A DNA stretch of 64,000 bases from Octopus sinensis (taxonomy: Eukaryota), in the NCBI RefSeq assembly GCF_006345805.1, contig NC_043021.1, positions 22,134,001-22,198,000 of the forward strand. Reading direction: 5' to 3'. Positions within the stretch are counted from its first letter, which is position 1, and each line of letters starts with the position of its first letter. The notes beneath the pieces were generated by a model. The model saw nothing but the letters and a program-made list of their open reading frames with translations, was not told the DNA's origin and searched no databases. Positions 1 through 12,619 of the stretch are shown one piece after another. Both the position numbers and the translations under genes were made by a program.

Positions 1-358
1 TTCCAAACAAGTTAACAACCCCACTTTTTGCTAAGCTTTGTACACCCTGGACATGTTGACCCAGCAAAATGGAAACAAATGACACCACCCAAAGGTGTCT
101 CTTATTTACAAAGATTGAGTTAAATGGAAAGAAGCCCGGACATGTCTTTTCGCTGTAGATTGCAATGAAATGTGTATCATGTGTAAATTTTAACAAAAAT
201 TAAATCAAATTAAATTAAATTAAAATTTGCAATCAGTGAAAACAGATGAAGATGAGGGAAGATAAGACCTCACTCATACAAATACACACACATACATATT
301 TTTATATACACATGTATGTATGTATATATATATGTATATATATATGTATATATATATA

Positions 359-866
359 TGGCACCCATGCCAACCCACCTTTGCTTGCGAAGACCTATTG
401 GGGCAAGTGAAATCGAAATCGGATTCGAAATTGAACCAAACCTATGACTGGCACCCGGCAGATGCCAGGACCCCTGGACTGGTGGTATGTAAAAAGCACT
501 ATCCGAATCGTGGCCGATGCCAGCGCCGACTCGACTGGCTTCCGTGACGGTGGAACGTAAAAAGCACCATCCGAATCGTGGCCGATGCCAGTGCCGCTTC
601 GACTGGCTTCCGTGCCGGTAGCACGTAAAATGCACCAATCCGACCGTGGCCGTTGCCAGCCTCGCCTGGCACCTGTGTAGGTGGCACGTAAAAAGCACCC
701 ACTACACTCACGGAGTGGTTGGCGTTAGGAAGGGCATCCAGCTGTAGAAACATTGCCAGAAAAGACTGGAGCCTGGTGCAGCCTTCTGGCTTCCCAGATC
801 CCCGGTTGAACCGTCCAACCCATGCTAGCATGGAGAACGGACGTTAAGCGATGATGATGATGATGA
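359..866 (+). mobile_element. RTE-tailed non-autonomous retroelement with degenerate internal ~60-bp repeats
   Basis: Ends in gttggcgttaggaagggcatccagc...ggttgaaccgtccaacccatgctagcatgg...(atg)n. Internal ggcacgtaaaaagcacc repeats. Five relatives elsewhere in the window. Confidence 0.8.
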
Positions 867-959
867 TATATATATATATATGTAAAAGAGGTGAGGACCA
901 AAATCCTTCAAAGGGATGTCAAAAATCCAAGTCCGCCAGTGCAGTCCAAGAAAAGAATA

Positions 960-1136
960 TATTCTTTTATTTGTTTCAGTCATTTGACTGTAGCCATGCT
1001 GGAGCACTGCCTTTAGTCAACTTATTCTATCAGTCTCTTTTTTTTTTCGAACTGCTAAGTTACAGGGATGTAAATACACCAACATCGGTTGTCAAGCAAG
1101 GATAGGGGGACAAACACAGACACACAAACACACACA

Positions 1137-1180
<44 letters not shown>

Positions 1181-1343
1181 ACGGGCTTCTTTTCAGTTTC
1201 CGTCTACCAAATCCACTCACAAGGCTTTGGTCGGCCTGAGGCTATAGTAGAAGACACTTGCCCAAGGTGCCACGCAGTGGGACTGAACCCGGAACCATGT
1301 GGTTGGTAAACAAGCTACTTACCACACAGCCACTCCTGCGCCT
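960..1343 (-). mobile_element. SINE family 1 (tRNA head, CORE-like centre, internal (TA)n)
   Basis: Reverse complement begins aggcgcaggagtggctgtgtggtaag...ggttccgggttcagtccc (A/B-box like), then ccttgggcaagtgtcttctactatagcc. More than 12 similar copies in the window. Confidence 0.9.
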
Positions 1344-1680
1344 ATATAAAATATGAATTAGAGATGAAACCACTATTATGCAACTCAAACAGTGATAGAC
1401 ATAAACCAATACATAAATAACAAATAATATATGTATAATTTTTTTTAATATATAACTTATAACTAGATCTCAAAAAGGATAAAATGAATGATAAATATAT
1501 AATATATTATATATTTATCACTCATTTTCTACTTTTGTATTGGTTTATGCCTATCACTGTTTGAGTTGCATAATAGTGGTTTTATCTCTAATTCATATTT
1601 CATATATTTATACAGTGAACTTTGATTTAATACTAAATTGAATTTTTCCCTGTAAGTTTGGAGATATACTCCCTAATATT
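1344..1680. repeat. Inverted pair of PLE pLTR-like fragments
   Basis: 1344-1413 is the reverse complement of 1536-1605 (about 70 bp, few mismatches). Related sequence at 25210-25350 and 29590-29830. Confidence 0.65.
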
Positions 1681-1810
1681 ATTATTATTACTATTATTAG
1701 ATATATACATATATATATATATATTAGAAGAAATGAGGTTCTCAGAAATCTGGATGGTTTTATACTTACAGATATTTATTAATATGTCACCTGTTTTTAA
1801 CAATCATATA

Positions 1811-1850
1811 TTAGAGCTTGCATCCACTCTAGTGGAGTCATCAGATTGAA
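1811..1850 (-). ncRNA. Minimal hammerhead ribozyme, probably inactivated (GAAA to GCAA)
   Basis: Minus strand CTGATGA C TCCAC TAGA GTGGA T GCA AGCT C: canonical core, 5-bp stem II, palindromic AGCT stem III, one core substitution. Confidence 0.6.
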
Positions 1851-2077
1851 ATTTTTCAGGAATTTTGTCTCTTTTTATAGGATTATTGAGTATGTAGGGG
1901 GGAGAGATATATAAGATAGTACAAGAGGGTGAGGAATGGGGAGAAAGTGAGGGAGAGTGCCCGTGTGTGTGCTTTTGTATATGAAAGGTGTGTCGATGGA
2001 AAAGAGAAGGAAAGAAAGAAGGAGAGAAAGAAGAAAAAATGTGTTGACATCTTTGCAGCTGCAAAGATGTCAACGCA

Positions 2078-3478
2078 TTTTTTCTTTTACTTGTTTCAGC
2101 CATTTGACTGCGGCCATGCTGGAGCACCACCTGTAATCAAGAAAATTGCCCCAGGTCTTATTCTTTGTAAGCTTAGTACTTATTCTATCAGTCACTATTG
2201 CTGAACTGCTAAGTTATGGGGACATAAACACACCAGCATTGGCTATCAAGTAAAGTTTGGGGGACAAATACAGACACACAAACATACACACACACACATA
2301 TATACAATGGACTTCTTTCAGTTTCTTATTTCTTTATTGCCCACAAGGGGCTAAACATAGAGGGGACAAACAAAGGGATTAAGTCGATTACATCGACCCC
2401 AGTGTGTAAGTGGTACTTTATCTATCGACCCCGAAAGGATGAAAGGCCTCAGCGGAATTTGAACTCAGAATGTAATGGCAGACGAAATATTTATCTCTTT
2501 ACTACCCACAAGGAGCTAAACACAGATGGGACAAACAAGGACAGACAAACGTATTAAGTCGATTACATCGACCCCTGTGCGTAACAGATCCTTAATTTAT
2601 TGATCCCGAAAGGATGAAGGGCAAAGCCGACCTTGGCAGAATTTGAACTCAGAACATAACGGCAGACAAAATACCGCTAAGCATTTCGTCTAGCATGTTA
2701 ACAATTCTACCAGCTCGCCGCCTTTCAGTTTCTTTTTTTTTTTTATTGCCCACAAGCGGCTAAACATAGAGGGGACAACAAGGACAGACAAAATAATTAA
2801 GTCGATTACATCGACCCCAGTGCGTAACAGGTCCTTAATTTATTGATCCTGAAAGGATGAAAGGCAAAGCCGACCTTGGCAGAATTTGAACTCAGAACAT
2901 AACGGCAGACAAAATACCGCTAAGCATTTCGTCTAGCATGCTCACAAGGGGTTAAACATAGAGGGAACAAACAAGGACAGACAAAGGGATTAAGTCGATT
3001 ACATTGAACTGGTACTTAATTTATTGATCCTGAAAGGATGACAGGCAAAGCCGACCTTGGCAGAATTTGAACTCAGAACATAACGGCAGACAAAATACCG
3101 CTAAGCATTTCGTCTAGCATGCTCACAAGGGGTTAAACATAGAGGGAACAAACAAGGACAGACAAAGGGATTAAGTCGATTACATTGAACTGGTACTTAA
3201 TTTATTGATCCTGAAAGGATGACAGGCAAAGCCGACCTTGGCAGAATTTGAACTCAGAACATAACGGCAGACAAAATACCGCTAAGCATTTCGTCTAGCA
3301 TGCTAACGATTCTACTAGTTTGCCGACTTTCAGTTTCTCTCTACCAAACTCACTCACAAGGCTTTGGTCAGGCCAAGGCTATAGTAGAAGACACTTGCCC
3401 AAGGAACCACACAGTGGGATGAGAACACAAAACCATGTGGTTGGTAAGCAAGCTACTTACCACACAGCCACTCCTGCA
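2078..3478 (-). mobile_element. SINE family 1 interrupted by a tandem array of SINE family 2
   Basis: Family-1 halves at 2078-2325 and 3320-3478. The junction motif tttcagtttc recurs at about 2316, 2723 and 3326. Confidence 0.8.
2330..3320 (-). repeat. Five tandem copies of SINE family 2
   Basis: Units start near 2331, 2490, 2735, 2941 and 3122. 2941-3121 and 3122-3302 are identical (181-bp period). Confidence 0.9.
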
Positions 3479-3569
3479 CCTTGCTCATATGTAAATACAC
3501 AGCATTTACATATGAGCTACTATTTGTTTCATGCCGTGGAAACACAATAAACTGGCATATTAAATATAC

Positions 3570-3628
3570 CATGGCCTGTTCTTCTGAGCAATCTTTTAGT
3601 CTCAAATGTACGACACGAGTGATCTTAT
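3570..3628 (-). CDS. Candidate internal coding exon (xKITRVVHLRLKDCSEEQAM), product unknown
   Basis: Strong acceptor ctgctcttgttttcgcag, 59 nt open in one frame, weaker donor ATG|gtatat. No homology recognised. Confidence 0.3.
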
Positions 3629-4206
3629 CTGCGAAAACAAGAGCAGATGCATATATGTGTGTGTGTGTGCGTGTGTGTATTGTTAAAGATGAAACAAATA
3701 GATAATTTGGGTATTAGTATATACGCTTCTGTAGTAAAGTGCTTATTATTAACACATTGCGTAATACAACTTTGCATGCAATAACATGCGAGATTACATA
3801 AGATTATCCAACAACATGTTAACATAACACTGTCACTCTATCAGATAATATTCCAGTTCAGGTTTCTTAGATAATATGCACCAATAGGATTATGCTAGCG
3901 TGTGTATATATTCATACATACATGCATGCATGCATGCATATATACATACATTCGTGTTTGTGTGCGAGAACAAATGTTTCTGTTACACAATCTAATGATC
4001 CTAAAATGTGCATAACAGAATCATGTGTGAGAAGATTTGATTGGGGTCCTTCAATGTTATGTAAGGTATGCCATATGAGAGGTACTGAAATTCAACCAAA
4101 TGGTACGGAGTACCTTCCCATCATTGATAGTATAATTGCACTCATTATTTCACGCTAGTATCATACTAAAAATCATTATATATACGCATGTGTGTGTATA
4201 TCCATA

Positions 4207-4379
4207 AAAACACCCACTACACTCTCGGAGTGGTTGGCGTTAGGAAGGGCATCCAGCTGTAGAAACTCTGCCAGATCAGATTGGAGTCTGGTGCAGCCAT
4301 CTGGTTCGCCAGTCCTTAGTCAAATCGTCTAACCCATGCGAGCATGGAAAGCGGACGTTAAATGATGATGATGATGACG
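4207..4379 (+). mobile_element. RTE-tail fragment with no internal repeats
   Basis: Same 3' tail as 359-866, ending in (atg)n. Confidence 0.75.
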
Positions 4380-4409
4380 ATATATATATATATTCATATA
4401 TATATATAT

Positions 4410-4973
4410 ATATAACTTTACCATAGCATGATCTTCTCTCTTGGTCGCTTTTCTTGGCCTACCTGTAGACTTTCTTGCTTCACACAAACTACAATCATTG
4501 AAGACCTTAAGAATACCGTGAACAACACATTTTGACTTGTTAACAATCTTTGCAATAGACCCAATACTTAAATTATCCTTCTTTCGAAGCTTAATAATCT
4601 GCTGACGAATTGGTAACGGAGTAAGTGGCATTATATTAACAAAGTACACTGCAGATATTCTTACTAATGTTTAGTAAACAAACCACCACGTAAACAAATT
4701 CAAAACATTAGAGTTCGCCAGTTAAATATACTAAAACACGGAGTAAAAGCAACCGTTCTGATCATTTTGGTCGCCATGGGTTTTGCAGTAAATCACTAAA
4801 TCATCCATAACTTTTGTATTATCCTCTCAAATTACACCAAAATCTCAGACAATAACAATTAATATGGTATTTATTGTCTGTGAAAATTATAGAATATAAA
4901 ACAACTTTGATAAAAGCTTATATCTACTTTTCTGTCGAAAACAATGCCGTTCTGAACATTTTGGCTGCAACTG
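4410..4973 (-). mobile_element. Tc1-like transposon 5' fragment with IR-DR type terminus
   Basis: Translation MPLTPLPIRQQIIKLRKKDNLSIGSIAKIVNKSKCVVHGILK...RKSTGRPRK resembles the Tc1 HTH and GRPR motif. Terminus TA|CAGTTGCAGCCAAAATGTTCAGAACGG. Inner direct repeat at 4753-4774. Confidence 0.8.
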
Positions 4974-5368
4974 TATATATGATACGTGTATAACATATTT
5001 ATCAATTTGAATACTCAACCAAAAGAGCTACTAATAGTTTCATGCTATTCTGATAGTTGAACAGGCATATTTATAAAATATGGCATGTATCTTAAAACAA
5101 TATTTCAGGCTCTGTTTATGCGTGAAATACATTTTAAAAACAAAGGATGCTGGGCAGTGAGAAAGCATGAAAAAACATGCATGAAACATGAAGAAAGTTG
5201 ACGGAACGAGAAAAAAGAAACAAATGAAGAAAATGAAGAACTTCATCCTCCATGATTGCAGAAAGCTCGTTAAAAACAACTGGTTTAGAACTAATTAACA
5301 GTCGAAGTCTGCAAAGTATATGAGAGATAGAAACTCTGACAAATTTTATTTTCTTTCTCTCATATTAG

Positions 5369-5750
5369 GCTGTGGTAAGTAGCTTGCTTACCAACCACAT
5401 GGTTCCGGGTTCAGTCCCACTGCGTGGCATCTAGGGCAAGTGTCTTCTGCTATAGCCCCGGGCCGACCAATGCCTTGTGAGTGGATTTGGTAGATGGAAA
5501 CTGAAAGAAGCCCGTCGTATATATGTATATATATATATATTTATGTGTGTGTATGTGTTTGTCCCCCTAGCATTGCTTGACAACCGATGCTGGTGTGTTT
5601 ACATCCCCATCACTTAGCGGTTCGGCAAAAGAGACCGATAGAATAAGTACTGGGCTTACAAAGAATAAGTCCCGGGGTCGATTTGCTCGACCTAAAGGCA
5701 GTGCTCCAGCATGGCCGCAGTCAAATGACTGAAAAGAGTAAAGAGTAAGA
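5369..5750 (+). mobile_element. SINE family 1
   Basis: Near full-length match to the other copies, ending in (gagtaaaa)-type tail. Confidence 0.9.
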
Positions 5751-7578
5751 GTATACTGTTGTTGACATCAGGTAGCCGAATGCAGCGAATGAGCTTTCAA
5801 CAGCATACTATGAGGAGTATAACTAAACATAAAAGTATTACTTACTTATGTGTATGTATGCATGCATGCTTACATGTGCATATGTATTTTTGCATGTATG
5901 CTTATAGGTAAGCTTGCATACGTGTATGCATGTATATATGCATATATGTATGTATGTATGCATGTATTATGCAAGTATGCATGCCTATGTACATGTATGT
6001 ATGTATGAATGTGTGTACATACATACATGTGTATATGTGTATATATGTATGTAAGCATGTATTATGCATGTATGCATCTGTATGTTCATGCATGTACATA
6101 TGTATGTATTTATCTATGTATGAATGTGTGTACATGCATACATATATATATATATATATGTATATACATATGTATGTGTGTATGTATATATGTCCCTTCT
6201 ATTTTTTAGATTATTATAAATCTTCCAATGAGGATGGAACTGGTTTCCAACAGAGGTACAAGACTCTATCTTTGGGATGTAGTTAACACAGACAAATTCA
6301 CATCTGGGACTTGAGAAAAGTCTCGTATATTTTTACTGTTCCACTCACAGATTGCACTTGTTATGTATGTATGCATGTACAGATCTGTATGATTGATACT
6401 GCTGCTTCTGTTTGTGGGGTTTTCAGGTATTTAGTTCTTGTTGCCGTCTCAAATGTTGTACCAATATCTACCAATGAGACAGATCAGCTCTTGATAAAGA
6501 GAGAGACGATGAAAGGTGACTCCTCCCCTTCCCTTCCACCTCTTCCTCTTCGTTCCTATTTCATACCTCCCACCTCTCCTCTCACCCTCCCTTTCTTTAC
6601 TCCAGTTCCACCCATCCTATCTTCTACATCTAAGCCTCTCCCCTTACTCACGTTTTCTTCTGTGACTTTCTCTTCTTTATTCTTCCCTTCTACCACCCAT
6701 TCCATTTCTTATCTTTCCTTCCTTCCTTCCTTTCTCCTTCCTCTCCTTCCTTGTTATCCTTCCTTCCTCCTTTTCTTCTTTCTGTCTTTCCTGAACTACA
6801 TGAATTACATAAACAAGTAAAACATACCTGTTAATCTCTTTTGGATCTAACATTTACCTGAAACCTCTCCTTCTCACTCTCTTTTACTTCTCTGTTTGAT
6901 CTCACTCACTCATTAACTCACACCCTCTCACTCACTCACTCACTCTCTCTCTCACTCACTCACTCACTCTCTCTCTCTCACTCTCTCTCACTCACTCACT
7001 CACTCTCTCTCTCTCACTCTCTCTCACTCACTCACTCACTCTCTCTCTCTCTATTCATCCATCCATTTATCTGTTTCCCTGTCTACCTACCCAGCTATCT
7101 CTCACTACATCTCTCTCCCTCTATAGGTTGCAAGATTAAAAAACAAAACATACACCAGATGTATAACAATGTACATCAGTTTAATATAAAAACCCAAACT
7201 AAAACTTTAGCAGATTCAAAGTGCTCACCAAAAGTGTATTAACGCACACACACACACACACACGCACACACATACACACATACATACACATACACACACA
7301 CACACACCACACACACACACCACATACACACACACACACACACACCCACCCACACATACATACATACATACACACATATACACACACACATACACACACA
7401 CATACACACACACACACCATACACACATACATACACACACACACATACACACACACATACACACACATACACACACACACATACACACACACCTCACACA
7501 CCACACACACAAATGCATAGAAGTTTGGTGATGCATGTTTTACAAATGTGAAACTTGATAAGACCTCCTGAAACTTAC

Positions 7579-7612
7579 AGCAGTCAAATACCACCTCCAC
7601 CTCCACCGAAAA
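7579..7612 (-). other. Candidate 34-nt exon (possible FSVEVEVVFDC)
   Basis: Acceptor ttgtttttgtttttgttttag and consensus donor GCT|gtaagt. Coding status unclear. Confidence 0.3.
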
Positions 7613-8029
7613 CTAAAACAAAAACAAAAACAATTAAAATGTAAAATGCAGATAGTCTTCCTACTGCACATAACACGAGTGTGCAACTAGTAAAAAAAAA
7701 ATATATATACAGGAGTGCAAGAATAGAATATAAACAAGTAAATCCCTTTCATCAGCGGCCTACCAATTTCACAGTGATTTCAATACCTTGATGGTATCAC
7801 TTCATCAGGCAGTATCAGTGGCAATAAAACGTTACAAGGGGAAGTTACAGAACAAGATAAGAGAAAAACTTGGCATTTTTTAAAAAAATATTTTGTGAAA
7901 ATTTCTCTTATGTTCATCTTGTTCTGTAAATTTTATTTCTTGTATTTTCTTTTCATCGTTAAGAGCAAAAAATTTTTCTACCTACATGTATGTGTATATA
8001 TGTATGTATATATATATATGTGTGTGTGT

Positions 8030-8161
8030 GTGAGTAAATATATATATGTAAGTGTGTGTATGTCTATATATTTGTGTGCATACACACACCTACATATATG
8101 TATATTTATAAATGTGTATATGCTATATATATGTATATCTATCTATCTATCTCTGTCTCAT

Positions 8162-8195
<34 letters not shown>

Positions 8196-8540
8196 AAGAG
8201 AGAGAGAGAGATAGATAGATAGATATTTATATACATGTATGCATAAAGAGATAAGTAGGTGTTAATGTGTATGTGTGTGTATGAGTAAATATATATGTGT
8301 GTGTATGTCTATATATTTGTGTGCATACACACACCTACATATATGTATATTCATAAATGTGTATATGCTATATATGTATATGCTATATATGTATATCTAT
8401 GTATCTATCTCTGTCTCCCTCTCTCTCCCTTTATATATATATATATATATAAAGAGAGAGAGAGATAGAGAAATAGATAGATAGATAAATATTTATATAC
8501 ATGTATGCATAAAGAGATAAGTAGGTGTTAATGTGTGTGT
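8030..8540. repeat. Tandem duplication (about 265-bp period) of a microsatellite-rich unit
   Basis: aagagataagtaggtgttaatgtgt at about 8245 and 8512, with the upstream pattern also duplicated. Confidence 0.75.
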
Positions 8541-8804
8541 GTGTGTGTGTGTGTGTTTATGTATGCATGTAGCTATATTTCTTCACCTGCTCAAAGTGAG
8601 TGCAGTGGGACAGTATATGAGAGAGTTCAATAATCTTTATGTTAATGCATTCAACAGGCTATAGTTGTAAATATGATAACCTGATAGGAGAGAGAGAGAT
8701 AGACATCAGACAAGAGGGACACAGACAGCAGTTAGGAGAGACATAGACAGCAGTTAGGAGAGACATAGACAGCAGTTAACGCTGATGTGTATTTGCCGAA
8801 AAAT

Positions 8805-9160
8805 ATTGTAAAAGCACCATCCGTTCATATCCATTGCCAGCCTCGCCTGGCCCTTGTGCCGGTGGCATGTAGCACCATCCGTTCGTGGCCGTTGCCAGCC
8901 TCGCCTGGCCCTCGTGCCAGTGGCACGTAGCACCATCCATTCATGGCCGTATGCCAGCTCCGTCTGGCACCTGTGCGGGTGGCACGTAAAAAGCACTTAC
9001 TACACTCACGGAGTGGTTGGCGTTAGGAAGGGCATCCAGCCGTAGAAACACTGCCAGATCGGACTGGGCTTGATGCAGCCATCTGGCTTCCCAGACCCTA
9101 GTTGAACCGTCCAACCCATGCTAGCATGGAAAGCAGACGCTAAATGATGATGATGATGAT
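8805..9160 (+). mobile_element. RTE-tailed element with about 2.5 internal repeats
   Basis: gccagcctcgcctggccc...ggcacgtagcaccatcc units followed by the shared tail. Confidence 0.85.
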
Positions 9161-9690
9161 ATCATCAAATTAACTTTATACAGCAAAAATGACTTGAAAC
9201 CCAAACATCATATATGTTACTAGAAGCGACTTGACATCCTGTTACTTAACGTTCTATACCCAAAGGTAATATTTAGATGGATATCAGTAGTGGAATCTGG
9301 TCGACGTTGCATTAGTACAGCATCAACCAAACATACCTCTCTTATAGTCTACCTGCCACTGCTATCGGAAGACTGACTTCAGGCATGGAATTTTATGTTA
9401 TGGGGTAAAAATGGCTAAGGCTAGAACATGCAACAAAAGCAAAATATGTGTGTATGTGTGAGTGTGTGTGTATAACACATATTTCATCTGTATGTATAAA
9501 ACATATATATGCATACACATATGTAATTCATAATACTTCCGTAATACATACAAACCCCATACACACATATATATATTAAATATATATTATATAATATATA
9601 TATATGTATCAATCACAAATTCATCAAGTTTATACATATATATATATATATATATAAATATACATATATATAAATATATCACATATATAT

Positions 9691-9722
<32 letters not shown>

Positions 9723-9726
<4 letters not shown>

Positions 9727-10025
9727 CGTGACCGACCAGGCTATCAGATGTTGCTACACATCGCTGGTCACAATGCGCTTCGCATTGTTTTAGCCTTCAA
9801 ATGACGCCACCCTGCTGGCTAAGCGAGCAGGCCAGCAGAAGAAAGAGTGAGAGCAAGTTGTGGCGAAAGAGTACTGCAGGGATCGCCACCACCCACTGCC
9901 GGAGCCTCGTGGAGCTTTAGGTGTTTTCGCTCAATAAACACTCAAACCACCCAGTCTGGGAATTGAAACCGCGATCCTACGACCGCGAGTCCGCTGCCCT
10001 AACCACTAGGCCATTGCGCCTCCAC
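9723..10025 (-). mobile_element. SINE family 3 (tRNA-like head gtggaggcgcaatggcctagtggttagggcagcggactcg)
   Basis: A- and B-box-like motifs. Same head as 23671, 36446 and 47210. Confidence 0.85.
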
Positions 10026-10371
10026 TTATATATATATATATATATATACCACATATATATCAAATATATACATGCATATATAATATGCATCACACACAGA
10101 CATATGTGCATATGTAACGTATGATATATAAGCATATATAGATATCATACAGACATCATATACATATGAGTGAGTACATACAACATGTGTTTGTGTGTAT
10201 GTGTATACACACACACACACACATATATACATATATAACACACACACACACACACATATATACATATATAACACACACACATACACACATATATATATAT
10301 GAATATGCACAATGTATATTATAGACAGGCTGACAGACAGACAGATTACTCATTAAAAACCCATTTTACCA

Positions 10372-10615
10372 GTTGCCAGCGCCTCCCCGACTGGCCTCCG
10401 TGCCGATGGCACGTAAAAAGCACCATTTGATCGTGGTCGTTACCAGCCTCATCTGGCACCTGTGTCAGTGGCACGTAAAAACCACGGAGTGGTTGGCGTT
10501 AGGGAGGGCATCCAGCTGTAGAGACACTGCCAGATCAGACTGGACCTGCTGCAGCCTTCTGTCCAACCATTCAACCCATGCCAGCATGGAAAGCGGACGT
10601 TAAACGATGATGATG
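10372..10615 (+). mobile_element. RTE-tailed element, internally deleted
   Basis: Shared repeat unit and tail. Confidence 0.75.
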
Positions 10616-10914
10616 GCTAAGTTGAATACATCATAATGGCAGCATTTTACAGCCAGATGCCTTTCTTACTGACAGTTTACAAATAAGGGTTCTCTTAAAC
10701 CCCACACTGGTGAAGGTGCAAAAATGGCATTTTATACTGTGGAAGTAACACCCCTACTTGTAAATCACCAACTTTCAGAGAAGCACAAACACACACACGT
10801 GTATAATATAAAATGGGCTTCTTTCAGTTTCCCTCTATAAAATCCACTCATATGGCTTTGATTGGCCCAGTTTCTTTGATGCTAATATTTTGTAATTTAT
10901 AAAAGTCGACACCC

Positions 10915-11480
10915 AGGCAGAAACATTAGCATGTCAGGTGAAATGTTTAGTAACATTTCGGTCCATCTTTAAGTTCTGAGTTCAAATCCTACCAGGGCCC
11001 ACTTTGAGCTGATAAAATAAATACCAGTGAAACACTGGGCTCAATGTACTCAACTAGCCCCTCCCATGAATTTGCTGGCCTTGTACCAAAATTCATAACT
11101 GATATTTTGTAATTTATAAAGCAATGAGCTGGCAGAATCATTAAGAAAAGAGACGAAATGCTTAATGGCATTTCATCTATGTTGACATTCTGAGTTCAAA
11201 TTCCACTGGGTTCAGTTTAGATATTCATCCTTTCAGGGTCAATAAAATAAGTACCAGCTGAACATTCGGGTTGGTGTAATTAATTTACCACCTCTCTCGA
11301 AATTGGTGACCAGTGTTTTGTCATTTATAAGGCAGAGAGCTGGCAGAAACGTTAGCTCAACAGGCAAAATAAATAATGACACTTCATCCAGACAGTTGCC
11401 CAAGGTGCCACACAGTGGAATTGAACCTAGAACCATGTGGTTGGGAAGCAAGCTTCTTACCACACAGCGACACCTGCACT
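10915..11480. mobile_element. Cluster of decayed SINE family 2 and family 1 fragments
   Basis: ttctgagttcaaat...catcctttcagggtcaataaaataagtacc motifs, twice or three times. Confidence 0.65.
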
Positions 11481-11832
11481 TACGAGTTTAGTATTTTTAA
11501 TAAATTGATAATGACAAAGGTATAGCTGTATCAGGAAGAAGCTTGCTTTGCAACCACACGGTTTTGGGTTCAGTCCCACTGCTTGCCATCTCAGGAAAGG
11601 CTCCGCTGCTGATTTATGCATTGTAAGCATATTTGGGAGACATACACTGTGTCGAAGTCTATCATGTGTGTGTGTGTGTTTGTGAACATTCATATGATAT
11701 AGTGGAGTGACTATAGAGCCCGGGAGAGTAAGGGCCAGACTTAAAACCCCCTCAAGGCAGTGCCCAGCATGGCCACGGTTCTATGACTGAAACCAGAAAA
11801 GGAGAATGAGACTGATTCTAAATCCACCACTT

Positions 11833-12470
11833 TTATTGTCCCTTCTTCTTGTTTCGCAGAATTACGATGCCATCATCACAGTGTATGCCACTCCCTACAG
11901 AGTAGAATTTTAATACAGAGCTGAAGAAGAATATAAAGATTGCTATTTCTGCCGAAGTCCTTGGATCTTTTGATATAACGAAACTAAAGAAAAAAAATAT
12001 GATTTTTTTTTTCCTTTTCCCGTAAGATATTAACAAAAGATAGTAAAGACCATCTTGCTTGTATGGTAATTTTGGTATCAAGTTCACAAATGAATGCATA
12101 ATTGTCAGGAAAATTTGTCCTTTATGGATTAAATCTTTGGTAATAAAAATACAGGGAATCAATAAATACAAACTAAGTGAACAGATACTGACCTTTGGTA
12201 TTATTACTGTACCAATTTATAACCAAAATACTATTACTTCTTAAGGATAGGGAGAAAACTTTTTAAATGGTAAGGATTGTTATGTCTAAGATACTTTGAC
12301 TAGCAATATCTAATTGACTTTTATTAAGGTCAGTTGGTGTAATAGACAGCGTGTTAAGGTAATTATTCTTTATGATCCTTCAAAGTGAAATATGGTTTTT
12401 GTAGTGCAGACATTTCAACTCTCACCTATATTCTTAGTGGGAATGGTATTGGTTTCTAAATTAAGAAGCT
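11833..12470 (-). pseudogene. Penelope-like reverse transcriptase relic (TLKDHK / GLYRDDG type, probably Naiad clade)
   Basis: Collinear decayed motifs with stops and frameshifts: KPYFTLKDHKE*, IASQSILDIT, INWYSN...FVFIDSLYFY, GIHCDDGIVILRNKK. Confidence 0.7.
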
Positions 12471-12619
12471 CTATTGATCTGCTATCTTAATTTTCTACTT
12501 CTTTTTTTCTTTTGTTTGTGTGTGTGTAAATATTAGCAAACATTCAAATATAACTTTTTGTGATGTGTGATAGTTTGGTTTAAATTGATATTTTTGCTTG
12601 TCAGAATGTCAAACTACAT

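Noticed and set aside
6208-6520. WD40-like words (LYLWDV, IHIWDLRK) and IDTAASV on the plus strand
   Set aside because: The motifs lie in different frames separated by stops, with no consistent exon structure.
11860-11970. Apparent plus-strand exon after cttcttcttgtttcgcag
   Set aside because: All frames close, and the opposite strand explains the region as a PLE RT relic.
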